The position numbers and the translations under genes are program-made. From the NCBI GenBank assembly GCA_050298055.1, contig JBNKTL010000034.1, forward strand, positions 8,345 through 51,708: a DNA stretch of 43,364 bases, in the 5' to 3' direction. This DNA is from Spirochaetota bacterium (GTDB lineage: Bacteria > Spirochaetota > UBA4802 > UBA5550). The notes under the pieces are model-generated. The model made no database searches and was not told where the DNA came from. It was given only the letters and a program-made list of their open reading frames with translations. Of this stretch, positions 38,920-43,364 are shown piece after piece; the stretch's first letter is position 1; each line of letters starts with the position of its first letter.

Positions 38920-39387
38920 ATGTATAGATATCATCAGGGAAAAACACAAATTATAGGAGCACTCTTAATTTTAATAACACTGCTCAGTACATGTAAAAAA
39001 ACTACTGAAAAAGTCCTTGTAAAGAGACAGGGTGATAAACCTGCGGTAACAGGAATTGCCCGTCTTGGGATAAAGATGCTTAAATCAAAGACTCTGGATG
39101 CAGTTCAGGTTAAAAGGATCACCCAGAAGCTCTATGAGAGACTTTTATCCATTAAAGGAAAAAACTATATTGCATTTAAGGAGCATGACAGAAGTCATCT
39201 GGAAGTGAACCACAGTCTCACCGGGTCTGTAAACAAAATCAGCCCTGGCTATTCAATCAGTATCCTGGTATCGAACAGGTTGAACGGGAATACCGTTTAT
39301 AAGAGGTCATCCAGGGTAAACGAGGAGATTGAGCTGGATTATATTCTCAATGATATTGCCGAGAGGGTAGTGGAGAAGTTGTGGTGA
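38920..39387 (+). CDS. Putative lipoprotein
   Basis: Lipobox-like LLSTC. The C-terminal pattern (TGSVNKI...YSISILV...GNTV) is loosely CsgG/TolB-N-like. Confidence 0.65.
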   Translation: MYRYHQGKTQIIGALLILITLLSTCKKTTEKVLVKRQGDKPAVTGIARLGIKMLKSKTLDAVQVKRITQKLYERLLSIKGKNYIAFKEHDRSHLEVNHSLTGSVNKISPGYSISILVSNRLNGNTVYKRSSRVNEEIELDYILNDIAERVVEKLW

Positions 39388-39517
39388 AATTTATTCAGCC
39401 CGGCCGGATGTTCTTATATTTTAAAAAGGTTTTGTAACATGGATATTTTAATATTGACTTATACAGTACCTTCCCTGTTCAGGTATACATGACAATATTT
39501 TCATCTAAATAAGATCT

Positions 39518-40792
39518 ATGAAAAAAACCTTTTCCATAAAAACTCTCGGTTGTAAACTTAACCAGTATGAATCCTCAGAAATTGCCGGTGAATTTACCGG
39601 TAACGGGTGGGAGATGCGTCCATTCGGAGAAAAAGTCGATATAACGATCATTAATACATGTACCGTAACTGATGCAACTGATAAAAAATGCAGAGGGTTT
39701 ATCAGAAAAGGGAGCAGAAACTCGGGATCAGGTAAAGTTATTGTAACCGGCTGCATGGCCCGGAACAGCAGTGAACTTTTAAAAGATCCGGCAGTTTATC
39801 TGGTACCGGGAAACAGGGAGAAGAACAGGGTCTACAGTTCCGCAGAGGAACTCATGGGCAATGAAATTTTTCCCGGCAGCAGTGATGCTGATATCAGTAA
39901 GCCCCTCCCTCTCAAAAGAAGCAGGGCATCGATAAAGATCCAGGATGGATGCGATAATGACTGCTCATACTGCATCGTCCCCACTGTGAGAGGCAAACCT
40001 GAAAGCCGCAATATTACTGATATCATTGACCATGCCCGGAAGCTGATTGATGAAGGATATCATGAACTGGTTTTGACCGGGATAACCATCGGAAAATACA
40101 GGTCCGGTAATACGGACTTTGCCGGTCTGGTGGAGAAACTCATTAATCTTAAAGGAGATTACCGGATCAGGATAACTTCAATTGAACCGGTTGATGTAAC
40201 CGAGAGGCTCCTTGAACTTTACGGCAGTGAGCGTATCTGCAATCACATTCATCTTCCCCTTCAATCAGGTTCTGACAGGATCCTCGGACTTATGAACAGG
40301 AAGTATACATCCGCTGAATTCATGGAACTGGTGCACAGGATACGCTCATACTCTCCCGAATGCGCCATCGGGTCCGATCTCATTGTGGGATTTCCCGGCG
40401 AGAATGAAGATGACTTTTCAGCCAGCATCAATATGATAAAAAGCGCCGGCTTTGCGTATACTCACTGTTTTGCCTTTTCGAAGAGAAGGGGGACCCCCGC
40501 GGCGGATATGGAAGAGAATGAAGGTCCCCGTGTTGTATCCGGAAGGGTCAAAACGGCAAAAGAGACCGCGTCAGGAGCCGGTGAGGATTACCGGAAAAAA
40601 TTCTTAAACAGGTCGCTTAAATCGGTCATTGTGAAAAATGGGAAGTCAGGTTCTTTGACCGGGATATCAGACAACTATATCAAGATAAGGCTGGATGGGG
40701 ATAGTTCCACGAAGGATCTCGCCGGCACATTAAGAGACGTAAAAATTTTGAGTGTTGACAGGAACGGGACATACGGTATAATTGAAACATGA
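39518..40792 (+). CDS. mtaB: tRNA t6A37 methylthiotransferase MtaB
   Basis: TLGCKLNQYES, INTCTVT, VTGC, KIQDGCDNDCSYC, HLPLQSG, DLIVGFPGE. Confidence 0.93.
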   Translation: MKKTFSIKTLGCKLNQYESSEIAGEFTGNGWEMRPFGEKVDITIINTCTVTDATDKKCRGFIRKGSRNSGSGKVIVTGCMARNSSELLKDPAVYLVPGNREKNRVYSSAEELMGNEIFPGSSDADISKPLPLKRSRASIKIQDGCDNDCSYCIVPTVRGKPESRNITDIIDHARKLIDEGYHELVLTGITIGKYRSGNTDFAGLVEKLINLKGDYRIRITSIEPVDVTERLLELYGSERICNHIHLPLQSGSDRILGLMNRKYTSAEFMELVHRIRSYSPECAIGSDLIVGFPGENEDDFSASINMIKSAGFAYTHCFAFSKRRGTPAADMEENEGPRVVSGRVKTAKETASGAGEDYRKKFLNRSLKSVIVKNGKSGSLTGISDNYIKIRLDGDSSTKDLAGTLRDVKILSVDRNGTYGIIET

Positions 40793-41196
40793 CGAAAAGC
40801 CTGGGAATGCATTACCTTGCGGAGTTTCATCAATGCCCGTATGAGATCATCAATGACGCGGGCCGTGTGGAAGAAATTATGAACAGGGCGGCGGAGAAGT
40901 CCCGGGCAACCGTCATTAAATCTCTCTTTCATACGTTTTCCCCCCACGGAGTGAGCGGGATAATCGTGATTGCCGAATCACATTTTGCAATACACACCTG
41001 GCCCGAATACGGTTATGCTTCCGTTGACCTCTTCAGCTGCGGTGATTTTGACTACCTTTCGGCGCTGGAACATATCAGGCATGAACTGAGGGCTGTCTCG
41101 TACACCTACTCTGTCATTGAGCGGGGCCGGGTCCCGGGAGATTCGGGGATAACCGGACCGTTAAAGATCAGGACAATTCCCCGGGATGACAACTGA
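40789..41196 (+). CDS. speD: S-adenosylmethionine decarboxylase proenzyme
   Basis: LGMHYLAE, FSPHGVS, IAESHFAIHTWPE, DLFSCG. Confidence 0.93.
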   Translation: MTKSLGMHYLAEFHQCPYEIINDAGRVEEIMNRAAEKSRATVIKSLFHTFSPHGVSGIIVIAESHFAIHTWPEYGYASVDLFSCGDFDYLSALEHIRHELRAVSYTYSVIERGRVPGDSGITGPLKIRTIPRDDN

Positions 41197-41230
41197 GGGA
41201 GTATCTTCCCGTAATTAAAAATTCAAGTAT

Positions 41231-42415
41231 TCAGATTTCAAGAATGGGAGTCACATCAATAGAATCACATTGACGGGTATTATACTTGAGAGTAAAGACC
41301 CCCCTTGCGGGCGTAATGAGATCCCGGCTGAGTATATTCTCGCCGCCAATGAGTTTTTCCATTTGCGCGAAGGTCTTATGGGGAAGAGATGGTTTTTGTG
41401 ACCATTTGCATTCAATCAATTTCAACTTTTCCCCTACGGGGATAACAAAATCAATTTCATGGCCATGATGATCGCGGTAAAAGAAAAGATCCGGCTTTTT
41501 CCCATAATTATAAAATCCACGCAGGAGTTGCCCGAGTGTGTGAGTTTCAAAAATTGACCCAATCAGCGCGCTGTTTTTCAGCTCATCCCGCGTCCTGATC
41601 CCCAGAAGATATACCAGCAGCCCGGTATCAAGAAAATATATCTTTGGCGCCCTGACAAGCCTCTTGCCAAGATTTTTATAATAGGGCTCCAGCAGATAGA
41701 TGATATTGGATATCTCAAGAATAGAGATCCATGATTTTATGGTATGAACACTCACACCGACATCTGAAGCAAGGGAGTTCATGGAAAGGAGCTGACCGGA
41801 CCGCAATGCCAGAAGCCGTATAAACCGGTCAAAATCCCTGAGGTTTTTTACGTTTACCAGCTGGCGCACATCCCGTTCCAGGTAGGTTGCCAGGTAATCA
41901 CTGTAAAATTGTTCTGGCTCCAGCCCCCTGGCATGAAGTTCCGGATATCCCCCCTTCAGTATCATTTCAACCAAAAGGTCACCCTCTATTGGTTTCTCTA
42001 TCCATTTCTCAAGTTCATAAGAAGAAAGGGAGAGCAGATCCAACAGGGTAATCCTGCCCGCGAGGCTTTCCGTTACTCCCTCCATAAGGGAAAACTTTTG
42101 TGATCCCGTTAAATGGAACCGTCCCATTTTCTCCCTATCCTCATCAATTTTGATTTTAATGTACCTTAATAATTCCGGCGCGTACTGGACTTCATCAATA
42201 ATGAGGGGCTCTTCCCTGCTTTCAAGGAATTCAATCCCCGAAGATTCCGCCTGTTCGGCCAGGAGCGGAATATCCAGTGTGACATAAGAATAATCCGGGA
42301 AAAGTTTTTTCAGGAGGGATGTCTTTCCGGACTGCCGGCAGCCCGTAAGGAGCAGCGCGGGCCTGTTTTTTGCCATAGATGTGATCTGATTTTTAATGTC
42401 CCGGTTGATCCACAT
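41231..42415 (-). CDS. AAA+ ATPase with a DUF4143-type C-terminal domain
   Basis: GCRQSGKT, IIDEVQ, LTGSQ, ESLAGR, GGYP, PKIYFLDTGL, EIDFV, IECK. Confidence 0.92.
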   Translation of the reverse strand: MWINRDIKNQITSMAKNRPALLLTGCRQSGKTSLLKKLFPDYSYVTLDIPLLAEQAESSGIEFLESREEPLIIDEVQYAPELLRYIKIKIDEDREKMGRFHLTGSQKFSLMEGVTESLAGRITLLDLLSLSSYELEKWIEKPIEGDLLVEMILKGGYPELHARGLEPEQFYSDYLATYLERDVRQLVNVKNLRDFDRFIRLLALRSGQLLSMNSLASDVGVSVHTIKSWISILEISNIIYLLEPYYKNLGKRLVRAPKIYFLDTGLLVYLLGIRTRDELKNSALIGSIFETHTLGQLLRGFYNYGKKPDLFFYRDHHGHEIDFVIPVGEKLKLIECKWSQKPSLPHKTFAQMEKLIGGENILSRDLITPARGVFTLKYNTRQCDSIDVTPILEI

Positions 42416-42493
42416 TCGGGTATCTTGAAGTACAACTTCATAAATGTCAATAATTAAATTTCAAATTATCCTTTTGTTAAAATCGCTTTGTTG

Positions 42494-42853
42494 TTACTTT
42501 CTCTTTAACTTTAATTCAGAGTAGACGACAGAAAGCCGTTTGTCCCTGGTCCAGAGTGGAACTTTATTGATAAATGTTGCAGCCAGCAAATGAATGTCAA
42601 TATATCCAAGCCCTTTTCCATACAGTTTTTGATTTTCAATAAAATGTAATGTTTCATCATGAGATGCCACAAGGACTTCAGGCAATGCCTTTAATAACTC
42701 AATAATTTCAACTCTATTGGTTAAATTACCACAGGCAATTTCACCAATAATAAAAGGGTGAATACAAACTTCTCCATTTTGAAGATTATCAGATAATTCA
42801 GGATCGGTTTTTCTTAAATGATCAATCCAGACAGAAGTGTCCACTAAAATCAT
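42494..42853 (-). CDS. vapC: PIN-domain toxin, VapC family
   Basis: MILVDTSVWIDHLR, GEIACG, DIHLLA, LWTRDKRL. Confidence 0.95.
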   Translation of the reverse strand: MILVDTSVWIDHLRKTDPELSDNLQNGEVCIHPFIIGEIACGNLTNRVEIIELLKALPEVLVASHDETLHFIENQKLYGKGLGYIDIHLLAATFINKVPLWTRDKRLSVVYSELKLKRK

Positions 42854-43041
42854 CAGGATCTTCTTCTGGGAATATCTTTAAGTTTTTTTTCAGATCCGCC
42901 TAACGCGGCAAGGCGTTTCGCGCTCTCAAGGGCAATAAGCGTTTCAAGCCCCCTGTGGATAAGCGCGGTTTTTTCTGAAATCCCCGTCAGGTCCGAAGCT
43001 TTCTTTAAAATTTTGTCATTTATATTTAATGTTGTTCTCAT
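42853..43041 (-). CDS. vapB: VapB-family antitoxin
   Basis: MRTTLNINDKIL...EKTALIHRGL...RLAALGGSE. TGATG overlap with vapC. Confidence 0.93.
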   Translation of the reverse strand: MRTTLNINDKILKKASDLTGISEKTALIHRGLETLIALESAKRLAALGGSEKKLKDIPRRRS

Positions 43042-43077
43042 GCATATATATATGCATAATTAATGCAGACTTGTCAA
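43040..43077 (-). promoter_or_regulatory. vapBC promoter with a palindromic operator
   Basis: TTGACA at 43077-43072. Perfect 18-bp palindrome ATGCATATATATATGCAT (43040-43057) overlaps the -10 region and start codon. Confidence 0.6.
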
Positions 43078-43166
43078 GTATTATTTCTCATGGTGCTCGC
43101 GGTGATGAGACGCGGTCCTCAATATAATATCATTTATTTTTTAAATCCCGCTCCCCAATCCCCCAA

Positions 43167-43298
43167 TCAACTTAATTGTTCCTTTATCTTTTTTTCATTC
43201 AATACAAGGCTTTCTGTCCTTTTATACTCAATTTCTCTGAACAGGAAAAATGTTATGAGAAGTAATAGTCAGGGAGAGATGATCATTGTTTTTTTCAT
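43167..43298 (-). pseudogene. Decayed ORF remnant with a signal-peptide-like start
   Basis: MKKTMIISP*LLLLITFFLFREIEYKRTESLVLNEKKIKEQLS*, starting 11 nt after the attC-like core. Confidence 0.35.
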
Positions 43299-43309
43299 TT
43301 TATTGGGGG

Positions 43310-43364
43310 GCTGAACGCCGTGCTCTGGGGCAAACCGAAACGCAGCGTAGGATTGTCCCTAGCA
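43310..43364 (-). mobile_element. Integron attC-like recombination site (truncated by the window end)
   Basis: Minus strand ...TGCTAGGGACAATCCTACGCTGCGTTTCGGTTTGCCCCAGAGCACGGCGTTCAGC. Imperfect palindrome ending in a GTT core. Confidence 0.6.

Noticed and set aside
43063..43314. 83-aa plus-strand ORF near the window end
   Set aside because: No SD or motif. It overlaps the vapBC promoter and lies antisense to the remnant ORF.

Overview
43.4 kb of bacterial chromosome, most likely a Spirochaetota genome: it has a FlaA flagellar sheath gene, and a Leptospirales-like affiliation is my inference. Most genes are housekeeping or envelope functions: acyl-CoA dehydrogenase, a 2130-aa Ser/Thr-kinase-like/AAA/GAF/PAS/His-kinase/REC sensor, apgM, moaDE, flaA, a PilZ-MCE (mlaEFD-like) operon, VKOR-DsbA, carB-pyrR, trxB, a HAD/cytidylyltransferase/phosphoesterase operon, yggS-proC-M23 and mtaB-speD. 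An accessory right end holds an AAA-DUF4143 ATPase, vapBC and a truncated attC-like site. No rRNA, tRNA, CRISPR array or transposase was seen. Most notable: (1) an MCE transporter operon lacking MlaA/B/C but carrying a coupled 556-aa aromatic-proline repeat protein and a PilZ protein; (2) an unannotated 43-aa CxxC/CxxC microprotein; (3) several distinct families of dispersed intergenic palindromes and inverted tandem repeats; (4) a degenerate (pseudo)kinase domain in the giant sensor; (5) an integron attC-like site with a decayed cassette ORF at the window end. Family assignments are from motif recognition only; no searches were run.
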